Origin: Microthyrium microscopicum
Lineage: Eukaryota
Direction of reading: 5' to 3'
Length of the DNA: 64,000 nucleotides
NCBI GenBank assembly: GCA_010405405.1
Contig: MU004241.1
Location: 620,001-684,000, forward strand
Below are positions 52,652 to 64,000 of the stretch, piece by piece (position 1 is the first letter of the stretch; every line of letters begins with the position of its first letter). The notes below the pieces were generated by a model. The model worked only from the letters and a program-made list of their open reading frames with translations, had not been told where the DNA came from and searched no databases. The translations under genes were made by a program, and so were the position numbers.

Positions 52652-54114
52652 TTAGGTTTCCTTGGCCCATTGCTTCCCGCTCCAGAGATCGCCAGTAGTC
52701 CAAAGCCAGTAATCACGGCCTTTGATCATCCAGACCAACCAGCTGGGAATCTGCCATCCCATTGCCGCACCAACGCCTTTGTTTCTTCCAATTGGTACTA
52801 GCTGGGTCTCGCGAGTATCTGCCTTGAAAAGCTTCTCATCTCCAACTGCTTTCATTCCAGCGGCAAGAAGTAGATCACGCTTGATGTTCGAACCAAGAAT
52901 AGGAACTGCATTCAGAATTTGATGAATCGCTGGACGCGCGAATGACGATGCATCACCAATCGCGTAGACTCGCTCCCCAACCTTTTCAACTCTCAGAGCT
53001 GCATTGACTTTCACTCGACCATCCGCTTCAAGCAGCGATTTGTCCACAAAATTAGTATTTGGCGTTGTACCCGTCGCAGGAATGTACAGGTCTGCCTCCA
53101 GTGTCTTGCCATCCGCGAGTATCGCCTTGGCTCGAGTTGCAACATTCTCTTTGGTCCCGGCACCAGATGGCTCCACGGCATTGATTCGGGTGTTCTTGAT
53201 GACATTAACTCCAACACAGGCAAGAAACACCTCTGCTTTTCTTGCAATTGATGGTCGAAGGCCTGGTAAAATTTCAGAACCGGCAGTGACGAGTGTTATG
53301 GCAACCTTCGGGCTCTCAAGTGTAGAGTTGAACCAGCCAGCGCTACCATTGAGATACTCGCCTAATTCTCCCGCGGTTTCGACGCCACTTGCGCCACCTC
53401 CAGATATCACGATGCTCTTGGCTGATGAGAGTTCTGAGCGAAACGCGGCCCAGCTGCTTCGAAGGTATTGTTCGTCCTTATTCAAGCCAAGTAGTGGAGA
53501 TGGTGTTGAAGCGCCAGTGGCAATGACCAAGGCGTAGAAGCCAATCCTGGAATTTGTCAGTCTAAGATTATGATCGAAGCTAACACAACCAAAGAAAACA
53601 ATTAGTCTTTTCGTGGCAAAATCATGAATATCCTATTACATTCAGTTTGATCTATATTAAGAACGCACTCTATGGTAGCCATCGAGTACGATGGGAGATA
53701 TGATTGTTTTCGTTTCAACAGATGTCGTCAAGAAATGTGATTTGGCATGGGGAATTCCTACCTCTCGGTCTCAATCCCAACGCTCACAGAAACAGTCCGG
53801 TTGACATGATCGAGTTCTGTTGCAGTGCCTTGAACAAATCGAAAGTTTTGACTTGGATATTGCTCAAACTGTACAGGAATGTTGACGAAAAGTTTCTCTT
53901 GAGGAAGCAAGTCGTCCGAGATCAGCGCGCGAGGGCAGGCTGGTCGACACAGGGCTTGAGAAGCTGTACTGACGATTATGACTTGGTATGTCTCATTGTC
54001 TGTCAGAACTGGTATGGTGTGCTTGAGGGTATAGTGAGCGATGGATATTCCACAATAAGAACCACCAAGGATGACAATGTTCTTTTGGGGCGTCGAGGTC
54101 TTTGTTTGGTCCAT
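52652..54114 (-). CDS. AMID/AIF-like FAD-dependent pyridine nucleotide-disulfide oxidoreductase
   Basis: IVILGGSYCG, LVIATGA, GGGASGVETAGE, VYAIGD; a single 215-nt intron at 53547-53761. Confidence 0.9.
53547..53761 (-). mobile_element. introner-like element (215-nt phase-2 intron of the AMID-like gene)
   Basis: Minus strand GTAGGA..ACTGAC..TTCCAG; removal gives ETER-IGFYALVIATG. Homologous to 38375-38595. Confidence 0.8.
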
Positions 54115-54622
54115 TCTTGAACTGTTTGTGTACTGAGTGCGTTGTCAACGGCTCAGGCTGAGCAACAGGACATTCGAAGGCGACTTCGACGGTATGAAGA
54201 AGCTGAGCAGGACTGAGGCGGGTTGATGAATGTGATGAAGCTGATCAACCACAATTTATGACATGCAAAAATGGAGCAGGGTCAGGACTTTGTGGGATTC
54301 TCAATTGTCAAACGGATGATGTTTTCACGAGCTTCCAGAGCTCAGGTGGACTTAGTCTTAAATATATAGCCATGTCTCCAAAAGTTGTTTATGGTGAAAA
54401 GGGGGAGAATTTCGTAAGCCGGGGTAATTGAACCCCCGGTTGTGGCTGAAGGAAGCGTGCCACAGCTCAAGGTCTGTTTATTCATCGCTGCAGAGTATTA
54501 ATACAGACAAGTGTATTGGTACTATATATGTATCAAAGAATGAACTAAAACGCTTCAAAGTTGTGATGGATTCATGCTCGTCTATCCATGCACAAAGTAT
54601 CATACTTCATAAAATACCCTCC

Positions 54623-56709
54623 TCAACTGCCAACGCTTTTCGCTCCAGCACTCTTACCACTCTTCCCACTAGCTGGAGAGCTTGCCCTCAAGTTCCCACT
54701 CGTTGCTGTATCGGCATTGATCTCTTCCCTAATCTCCCGCAACAGTTCTCTACCACCCTGTAGCCTCACGACCCGGCTCACGAGCAACGTATTCTCCTTC
54801 TGCAACTCGCCGACCCGTTCGCGCCAAATATCATTTTCCTGTCTCAGCACCTCCGCCATCCTTCGATGCTGATCCCTCTCCCTCGTAAGTCGAGTCACCG
54901 CGTCGCCCTCAGCCGCTTTACGACTTCTCTCCTCCGCTTTCCGTTGCTCAGCAGCACGCTTGTCATCAAGTTTGCGCACTTCCTTAGCGTGCTTCCGCTC
55001 TTGCCGTTGACGATCTTTCTCCAGCCGTTGACGAATCTTATCAACGTCCTTTTGATCTTTGGAGAGCTGTTCATTGGCTTTTTCAGCTTGAGCTTGTTGA
55101 GATTTGTTGAACTTTTCGTCTAGTTCTCTGCGGCGGTTTTCAAGCTTAGTGAGTTCGCGTTCAAGTCTGGTGGTGGCTTCCTTCTTTTCGGTGCTCGCAA
55201 TGCTGGCCGTTGAAGGAGTAGAGAGATCGCGCGCATGACGAATATAGGTTGGAACGCCAGACGGTCCGGCTTCTTGGCCATCAGGAGCTGTCGTGAATTG
55301 CTCTGCTGAGGCAAATGACTCGACGCTTGATGTCTCCGTCGAATCATCATCATCGTCATCTTCCTCGTTTACGGGCAAGTTCGAGGCGCCAGGCAGCATA
55401 TTCTGTATACCTTCAGGTATGTAATCTTTTGCCACGTTCGTCAAAGATGCAATGATGCCAGTGTCGGTGACTCCAGAAGGCTCGAACGTCGACGAGTTAG
55501 ATATCCTCCTGCTGATTTTCGGTGCTTCCAGTGTATCTACCTTTTTCAATAATTCAGGCTCAGGCGCTTCGTCATCTTCCACTAGAAATTCTGTCTTGCT
55601 AGTGGCCCAGTCAAGAAATTTGACCGCATCACCAGCAATGCTGCCAGGAGTTCCTCTTTCAACCATGAATCTTGGTATACCGCCACCTGGATCACTTCGT
55701 GTAATCATAATCCATTCTACGGGATTTGACATCTCGTCATCTGAGTGTTTATCAATGCGTTCGCCTTTGGCGCTAACTCCTCGTGATTCGGCAAATCCTA
55801 TGGTGCTACCACGGGCTCGTCCTCTACTTGCGCCAGCATCTAATAGATCTGGGGTCGATTTGGATCTTGCATCAGAGCGAGGCACTTCTCGTATTATTTC
55901 GACCGATTCGTATGAGGCTCGGACTATGCCAGATTTGACCGGCGCATCCGGGTGCTCTACAGGAATTGATACGACCATATAATGCTTGGGCATAAAGTCA
56001 TCGATCTTCTCCCCTCCATCGTGCGGCGAGCTTTTGTCACTCAAGCCAGAGTCTGTAGTTAGAAGTAAGGTGACGAAATCTCTAGGAGCTGTAGGTCCAG
56101 GAAACTGGGCAGAAAAGTGATAGACTTGGAAGGTCAGAAGCCGATTAGTCATATGTAAATTGTGAGCATACCTTCCATCTTGCCCAAGCCTTTGATAAGC
56201 TTTTTCTCTAGAACCCTATCTGCGCCTATACCACGAATAGCTCCCGCACCAGGGCCACCAGAAACAGCGAGACTTTCAGCAAATTCGCCTTGCATTGCCA
56301 TTTTCCAACGGTCGAATGGTAAGCCTTCGTGTACGCTGCGTCGCGCAAACCATGCACCATGACGATCATGGGCGGCCATTTTGTATAAGGTTAGACCCAG
56401 AGGGTTATCTTTGGCGTTGAGCTTGAGAGGTTTGCCCCAACTGGATCGAAGGTCTTCATGTTCGGGATGAACCGGATGAGGTTGTATGGCGGAGGGTGTA
56501 ATCTCAGCAGCTTTCGTTGCTATGCTGGATCCGGAGGAGGACGAGCTCAGAGCTTCTGCTGTTGGGTTTGGTGGTGGCGGCGGAACGGAGTTGACGATGA
56601 GCTCTGCTTGAGCGAAGGTTTCTGAAATGAAGTTGGAGAGGTCGTCTAAGGGAACATCGCCAAATGGACGAGGGCCCAAAGACTCTAGGGCGGCGTGAAG
56701 ATTGGCCAT
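54623..56709 (-). CDS. DUF3074 (START/SRPBCC-like) protein with C-terminal coiled coil
   Basis: WFARRSVHEG, YHFSAQFPGPTAPRDFV, YESVE, PVEWIMITRSDPGGGIPRF; intron ~56129-56172. Confidence 0.85.
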
Positions 56710-57120
56710 GGTTATGTGAAGGAAGATGTAGAATTGAGTGGTTCAGCAGCGGGTTTGCTGCGCTATGATAGCCTGAGTAGTGACATTCACGAAGGTTGAC
56801 TTGGTCAGCAACAAGTAAGATGGCGGTGGACAGGTGCAAGCTATGCTCTAGTATGAACAAGATATAGAGAGTGCAGTGAGGAAGAAAAGGATGAAAGGTC
56901 AATTGTTCCGATATGAACAAACAGTGGAGTTGGATATGTTTGAGCAGGTGAAGGTGAAAGGATCCAGGCGATGTGGCTGAAATGTGGGGAATCTCAATGA
57001 CCAAGGTTCCAGGGAACCCGCGTCATCATTGGAGTCTGTGCCTTTCGTGCCCGTCAAACAAGGTTCAGTCATAAGGCTGAGCATAAAACTGGCAGCTGCA
57101 ACCTTTTAAACTTGACTACT

Positions 57121-60100
57121 GGGGAGGGTCAGCAAGGTCATATTCTGCAAATATTTTCTGCTCGTAGATTAGCCAAAAGTAGGTTAGGGGGCGTTAGCGC
57201 GTAGATTAGGGAATATTAAACTAAGAAAACGCGCCTTATACAAATTACCTTCGCAAGGCTTTTTTAACTATAACCCTATCGTATTTTAATTAGATCTTAG
57301 CTAAAAATAGCCTAAAATAGACGCTACTAAAGCTATAGATATTAAGATAGCTACTATTAGTATTTTAGCGTTATTATTAAACTAGCTTTAAGAAGAAGAG
57401 GAATAGGAATAGGATTAAGTAATACTAGCGCGTAATTACTAATTCCCTATAGAATATCCTTTCTATAATTAGAGTCTTAAAGATAAGTTAGATTAAATAT
57501 ATAAGATTAAATATTAGTATACGCTATAGGCTTAAGTTAAAGTAACATCTATAGTACTAATTAGTATATAATAGATTTAAGAAGCATAAAATATAATAGC
57601 TAGCAAAGATAATAGATCTTAAATCTATGCCTCTACCTAATTAAATAATACTACCTAAAAAACTACTATTCCTATTATATATTATATACTACAAATTAGC
57701 TAAAATCTATACCTATAATAATATCTATTAGCACTTTAGAAGAAGTAAAACTTATATAAAGTATTACTTTAATGCTATATTAATCTAGCTTTATAATAAG
57801 TATGCTAATACTTTATTATAATTCTATCCTATCCTTATACTATTAAAATATTTTTAATACTTATAAGCTATAAATTATACTAGTAGCATACTTAAGTTTT
57901 AGGGCTAGATTAATAGAACGTATATTAATATTTTAAGGCTAGAGGGTAACTAAATTTAGTAGTAGTTCTATAGTAGTTATTAAGGAAACTACTATATAAA
58001 AACATAATATATTGCTATACCTAATAGAATATTGCTAGCTATTAATTATAGCTACTTTAGATTCTTAAATAACTCCCTAATGTTAATTAATTCTACTCTT
58101 AAAGATAGAATTTAATAGATGTTTAGTAATAGTCTAAAACTACTCCTTTATAGCAACACTACTTATCTAACGAATAATATAATTATAGCGCTATACTAAG
58201 GCATTAAATTACTACTTTAGTAATATAATTTTAATCTTTAATAGGCGTTCCTTTAAATAAGTATTAAGTAGATATTTATTATTATAAAGAATACGTAGTA
58301 AGGAGGATTATTAGACTATAGGCGTACTATATAGATAAGTTTAATGCCTATAGTATATTATTAAATAGTAGCAATATTATTACAAAACTATAGAATAGCT
58401 TAATAGTAGAAGAATCTCGTAGAGAGCTAATATACTATTAAATTACTAATAATTAATTAATATTTAAATCTAGGTAGTATATTTAATAGTTAAATACTAC
58501 TAGAATTATAGGAATAGGATAATTTAAATAGTATAAGGTAGTTATAATATTAATTAAAGAAGTAGAAGTTATAGAGTAAAGTTAGATAATCTTACTAAAG
58601 GAGAAGAAGTTAATAAAGTAGGGTTAGCTAATTATTTAACCCTTTTATATACTTTTAAAGCTTTTAGTGTCTATTATAAGATTTATATAAAAACTATATT
58701 CTATTTTTACTACTAAATTATATAGAGAATACTAGAATAATCTTATTAACGCCTATTGTTTTAAAGACTTTTTTAATAATTCCTTTATCTCTATTATCTT
58801 TAAGCGTAATCTATTTATCTCTTTTCTTAAACTTATAACTTTATCTCCTTTATTACTACTACTACTACTATTTATATAATTATTAGCACTAGCACTACTT
58901 TGTTTATTTCTATCTCTAAAAGCTTTAATTATTACTTCTAATATCCTTATAATTATATTTAAAGTATTAGAAATCTTTTTACTCTTTTTATACTTTACGC
59001 GTAGACTTAAAGTAGGATTTCTTTACCTTAGAGTTAAAGTTAAAGAACTAACCTATAGAGGGGTAGGAATTTAAGTATTTAAGGTAGGAACTATAGAATT
59101 TAACTACTAGCTACCCTTTTTAAGATTAATTACTAATAGTTCTCTAATAGGAAGATTAAATAATATCTTAATATTGTTATTACTATCTAATATAATATTA
59201 ACTAATAGCGTGCCTTTCTCTAAATACTATTTAGCTATATTATTATATATTTTAAAGCTATCTTCTTTTCTTATCTTCTTAGTATCTATTATTAACTTTT
59301 TCTTACCTATAGCTTTCTTATAGGCTGTTTAAGTAACCTTAAATTAATTAAAAGCTTATTAAAATTTATTAATTAGTATATTATAGCCTAATTTAAGCTA
59401 TTTAACTTTACTAATTCTTTAATGGATTGCTTTCTCTACTATAATCTTATAGGCGTTATAGAAAGGGCTCTCTTTAGTCATAATATTCTTCTTCTTCTTA
59501 AAGAGGTTTAAAATACTCTACTACTAAGTATACTTCTATTTACTAAAGGCGTCTCTACTAATACTACTATAGGTATTAATCTTCTCTAAATAGCAGAATA
59601 CTAGTATTACTAATAGTAGTTATTCCTAGTTTAGGTTAAATTTCTTCTTTTTATTTAAGGGTACTACTACTAGAGCTATAGGGGTAGCTAGTAGTAAGAA
59701 TATAATATCTAGCGTAGTAGGAACTATATACTAGCTCTAGCTCTATAAGTAGGAATTTAGTAATAAATATAGCTCTTACTAGCTCTAGGTAAGTAATATT
59801 AGAGTAAACTAATCTTTATATTATAGTATAGTACTATTTTGGTGTATAGACGTATATTAATCCTAGTTCTAGGTATTTTATAAAGTATATTAAATAATAT
59901 TAGAACTAAGGTCGTAATCTTACGTCTATAATTTTTTAGTAAACTTACTATTATAGTTTTAGCTAACATAAGCTCTAAAGTAAAGAGTTTAGGTAAGAGC
60001 TATCTTATTAATATTATAGGGTACGAGATATAACTCTTTAAACTATAATTCTTACTTAGAATCTAGTAGAGGGTATAGGATTAAGTCCTATAGAGAGGGA

Positions 60101-60444
60101 TTAATATTACTATTATTAAAGTTAAGTATATAGCATATATTTAAATCTATACTAATATTATAAATAGATTTATGTAGTATTTTACTACCTATAGTAATAT
60201 AAGTAGTTTATATAAGTTTACTAAATTTAATAGCCTTATAGAGTAACTAAGTATTGTTAAGATTTATGCTAAACTAATCCTCTTTTAGTATTGCTAAACT
60301 ACTTTAGAGAGAAGATATTAAGGTTATAGCGCTAGACCTAAGGTCTAGCGCTATAATCTTAATATCTTCTTCTAGCTATTTTAGGTTAGTAAACGCTACT
60401 AAAAGGAGAAGATATTTGCAAGATCTCGTTTGCTAACCCTCCCT
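57121..60444 (+). mobile_element. second RIPed PIF/Harbinger-superfamily transposon (ANT TSD)
   Basis: TIR GGGGAGGGTCAGCAA..TTGCTAACCCTCCCT; TSD ACT/ACT. Colinear with 41264-44565, with the same de-RIPed DDE motifs (~57320-58440). Confidence 0.9.
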
Positions 60445-60503
60445 ACTCATAGTGGCAACTTACTAATATCCGGATGTAGTTGAACTCTCCACTGCAAGCA
60501 TCT

Positions 60504-60720
60504 TAACGGCATAGCAGAATCAATGGCTTACTCCCATCAACTCTAATAGCTACTCTACCACCGGCGCTACTAACTCAAAGTGCTTTAATTCCTATTGTAT
60601 CTAATTACTATTCTTAATTCGAACGCCCTTTATGGGAGATAAAGTACTTAATAATAGAGCGTAGTGTCTAGGTGCCATTAGAGTCGATGGGAGTACGCCA
60701 TTTATTTTGCTATGCCGTTA
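60504..60720. mobile_element. 217-bp MITE flanked by GCATCT direct repeats
   Basis: TAACGGCATAGCAGAATCAATGG ... CCATTTATTTTGCTATGCCGTTA; GCATCT at 60498-60503 and 60721-60726. Confidence 0.9.
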
Positions 60721-61038
60721 GCATCTCAACTAGACTCACAACTACTAAATCAGATTCTTGCTTCTATTATTCAGACAAACAATGCTGCGGGCAAATGAGA
60801 CATTAGTAATATTTAACACGATAACTTTTAGAAAGACTATTAACTCTATAAGAGTAAAATTAAAGAATAACGACATGATATAACTCTTTATGCATATATC
60901 TATGGCCTTATCTTAAACCTATTTCCAACCTCAAAGAGAAACCTGTGAGGCTTTGACGCTTGTCTAAAATGAGTTAGCGACGGGAGGGACGGGACGGGAC
61001 GCTGGCGCTAGTAAAAAACGACAATATTTTGAGCAGAG

Positions 61039-61252
61039 CCCACAAAGCACAAAATAAATGGAATTCCCCCATCGACGGCGATGGCTCCCGCTCACTTCAT
61101 ACTCCGTAACGAGACTGTACTTACTTTTCCATCTTAATCGATTACCTGAGAGGAGATCCATCCACTCGATGTAAACAAAAGACGCGTAGAAAGCGTGTTA
61201 TATGGTAGCCATGGCACTCGATGGGGGCGTGCCATTTAATATTGATTTGTTA
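61039..61252. mobile_element. degenerate MITE copy
   Basis: ACAAAATAAATGGAATTCCCCCATCGAC ... CTCGATGGGGGCGTGCCATTTA. Confidence 0.7.
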
Positions 61253-62200
61253 AGGAGAAATCGTGAACCTTGCTGATCTCTCTGTCCCCTGAATTTCTGT
61301 GCTTTTTGACGACATAATCTGATGAAACACTACGGATACAAAGCAAGACCACCGCAGAAGCAAGTATAATCTGATATACCTCTTGGATAATCCTCTTGAG
61401 ATTATGAATCCTCTAAGGTCCTGTTTTCCGTCTATTTCAAGGCCGTATTTGGTTAATTCATATGTGCGCTACAGGAGTTTGGTTCTTTAGGTGTGGCTGT
61501 ACTGCGCCAATGGCTTTTAGTCCTTGTAAATGCCCATATTTGGGTGTGAAAATAATTTACATGAGCCAGGAATGTGACCCAAATGGATATCCAAGGGCCA
61601 GAACCTTTTAGGATGTGTCCTTGCTATCTATTTGCCAGAAGCTAGCTACCAGTTGATAGAATGAATGGCCCGCTCTCATCAGCCGCCCTGGCTCCTGAAC
61701 GCTAGGCACATTCTATCATCATGTCTTCTATCTATTGAAACAACCTTTCATTTTCGAACAGCTTATCGAATGCGATGGGCAATACAGCATCTTTTCCTTT
61801 CGCACATTGGTGGGAGTTATCGCCGTCGATAGATATGTGCCATTTGTTTTGCCAGTCCGTTGGCCAGATTTGAGCGAAACTTCTGATCGTAGTTATTTCA
61901 CTTTGACTCTGGACTCAGAAAGTGAATTCATGATCAAAATTCAGTTCATGCAGAACAGTTCACTAGCTATGAAACCGTAGTCGTAGTCATCAGAGAGAAT
62001 TTCGTTATTGACATGCCACAGACTGACATCAAAGTCACCCTTTCCCTCAGAAGCTGAGAACAATGCATGTCTCTCAGCGCACGTTATAAAAGCACCGCAT
62101 GTGCCAGAATCATCTATGCTCCCCCAATTTCCTCAACCCCTACAAATCTGCGTCTTCATATACCATCAGGTTCCAAGAAGTATCCTCTTCTATATCCAAG

Positions 62201-62452
62201 ATGTGCAATTGGAAGAAGATCAATTATCAAATCTGTGGACATGAAGAGACTGCTCTTACCAGTATGTGTTCGGAGGAGGTGCGAATGGCTCGACACCAGC
62301 GCGGTGCATGTCCACCACCTATTATTATTTTCCCGGTGGAGCATTTGAATCGGCCTGCAGAAAATGATACTACAAGCATGTGTTCCCTCTGCGAGCATAG
62401 GGCCCAAGTGAACAAAGCACTTTACATAGCCAGGACTGGTATGTGGCAGTAG
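62201..62452 (+). CDS. small Cys-rich hypothetical protein (MC..CGH..CxxC type), 83 aa
   Basis: MCNWKKINYQICGHEE..MCSLCE..KALYIARTGMWQ; paralog immediately downstream. Confidence 0.75.
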   Translation: MCNWKKINYQICGHEETALTSMCSEEVRMARHQRGACPPPIIIFPVEHLNRPAENDTTSMCSLCEHRAQVNKALYIARTGMWQ

Positions 62453-62681
62453 TCTACCAGTATACTATTTGACTATTCTTGTAGAGGTAGCTAGGCAATG
62501 TCAAAAGCACTCAGTAACATGATAGTCAGCATTTCAATATAAATATCCTAAGCCTGGGCTGTATCCCTTCTTCCGTTCTTTCTTCCTTGCTTCCTTCTTC
62601 TCTGCCAAATACTTTCATATCAGAATCTTCCTCAGTACTAAAGACTGAAGCTCTTACTCTCCCAACAAAACAAGCTGCAAA

Positions 62682-62927
62682 ATGTGTGATTGGAAGAAGG
62701 TCAGCTACATTTGTCAACATGAAGAAATCGTCCTGGCAGAAACTTGTCCTTTGGATCTTCGATTAGCACGAAGTCAGCCAGCTAGTTGTCCACCACCAGT
62801 TATCAGCCCTTCTAGACGTCGCTCTCTACCTGTAGATTATGTCAGCGTCATAATGTGTCATAAATGCGAGAAATTCGCCAAATTACATAAAGCACTTTAT
62901 CTGGCTAGGACCGGTCTCTGGCAGTAA
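62682..62927 (+). CDS. small Cys-rich hypothetical protein, tandem paralog, 81 aa
   Basis: MCDWKKVSYICQHEE..MCHKCE..KALYLARTGLWQ. Confidence 0.78.
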   Translation: MCDWKKVSYICQHEEIVLAETCPLDLRLARSQPASCPPPVISPSRRRSLPVDYVSVIMCHKCEKFAKLHKALYLARTGLWQ

Positions 62928-63286
62928 GCAGTCAATTGTAGAAAGTAGCGGATGGGAGCCATATATGGTGATGAGGGTACGTCAAATATTGTGTCTAATA
63001 ACTTAGTTGATACTATAGATGATTTCCAATGTCATTGATGAGACTAAAATGTCAAAGTCCTCAGTAATGTCTGGATGGGACATCTAGTGTCAATAGCCGG
63101 GCTACAATTATTCCTCGTTTCGCTCATAATCCCTCTTTTGATTTCCTCCCTCACCATTAAGCTTACTCGGGCAAAACCACTTTACTTCAAAATGTGTGAG
63201 GCTATGCTCTATTGCTAGGCTTGCGTTCACGGGAAACGAAGCAGAAATCGCATTTAATTGTCCGATCTAAAATTTCGGTGGACCTC

Positions 63287-63499
63287 CAACCGATGGACAA
63301 AATAACTGGCGTTCTCCCATCAGCGTCGATGGCTCCCACGAACGTTGTTAATTCAAACGTGCTATATTTCCCATCGCATTCGATGAATAATCGAAGTTTG
63401 AACGCGCTCTATGGCATATAAAGCACTCGATAGCAAATCGTCTTGTATGGGAGCCATCGCACTCGTTGGAAGCGCGCCATTTATTTTGTCGACCCCTTG
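63287..63499. mobile_element. 213-bp MITE with ACCTC TSD
   Basis: CAACCGATGGACAAAATAACTGGCG ... CGCCATTTATTTTGTCGACCCCTTG; ACCTC at 63282-63286 and 63500-63504. Confidence 0.9.
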
Positions 63500-63793
63500 A
63501 CCTCCCTGCAGCATGGGTCGGTTGACTTATACTGCACCTATTCGAATTGAAGAGGATTGCAGAACCTGTGTCTATAATACGATGAGTGCCAAAAAGGCTA
63601 AACCTAAAAGAGTGTAAGTAGCAGTGGCAGTGACTTACCTCATTGTCACTGATTGAACGCGATCACCTGGTTTCTCAAATTGTCTTAAATAGTTCTTATT
63701 AAATTTCCCAATAAAAGTATTTTCTTACTTGCTTCAATACCCACTACCACCTACCAACAATTTTCCACTATCCGCATAAAACTCCCATCCAAT

Positions 63794-64000
63794 ATGTGTG
63801 TGGTCGAATGCTTCAAGGGGACCTGCGGTCATGTACATCGACAAATCTACACTTACAAAAGCGGTACTAACTGCACAGTAGCATGTCCAGCCTATTCTAC
63901 AACTGGCAAAACATGCTGCCGTACTGAGTTGAAAGATCTAGGCATGAGAACCACGACATCCATCTGTCACGATTGTCAACTTGTGTCAACGCAGCCTGAG
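63794..64000 (+). CDS. third small Cys-rich protein (runs off the window end)
   Basis: Open frame MCVVECFKGTCGHVH..C..C..CC..ICHDCQ with the same MC/CGH/CxxC layout. Absent from the ORF track because there is no stop in the window. Confidence 0.6.
   Translation, partial: MCVVECFKGTCGHVHRQIYTYKSGTNCTVACPAYSTTGKTCCRTELKDLGMRTTTSICHDCQLVSTQPE

Noticed and set aside
51001..52700. Short ORFs in the ankyrin-AMID intergenic region
   Set aside because: No motifs or coherent splice structure; the region contains MITE remnants.
60504..60720. TA-TSD Tc1/mariner assignment for the MITE
   Set aside because: Other copies start CA and end TG, so the TA here is probably a RIP change within the TIR; the flanking duplication is GCATCT.

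Overview
Genomic DNA of a filamentous ascomycete (short GT-AG introns with CTRAC/CTAAT branch sites; strong RIP signature). Bases 1-21743 are an AT-rich, RIP-degraded transposon block. It holds tandem/mosaic repeats, a LINE-like poly(A) end, a full-length 7.66-kb Ty3/Gypsy chromovirus (222-bp LTRs, CTATT TSD) nested in the RT of a second Gypsy element, and a hAT-like end that truncates a Prp43-like DEAH helicase gene. Bases 21744-64000 are gene-rich: CTF18, MED21/SRB7, UTP11, MCH1-like MFS, BTB, EthD-like, GPI-like, Zn2Cys6 TF, two SDRs, GFA, HD hydrolase, ankyrin, AMID-like, DUF3074, and three small Cys-rich ORFs. Two RIP-killed 3.3-kb Harbinger-type elements with ANT TSDs interrupt this part. 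Most notable: (1) two ~220-nt introns in unrelated genes (38375-38595 and 53547-53761) are homologous from donor to acceptor, i.e. a candidate introner-like element whose core is related to a dense ~212-bp MITE family with CAAC..GTTG ends and 5-bp TSDs; (2) a U2 snRNA gene split by a 52-nt spliceosomal intron and carrying a compensated, divergent stem IIa/IIc. All calls are by eye; no database searches were run.
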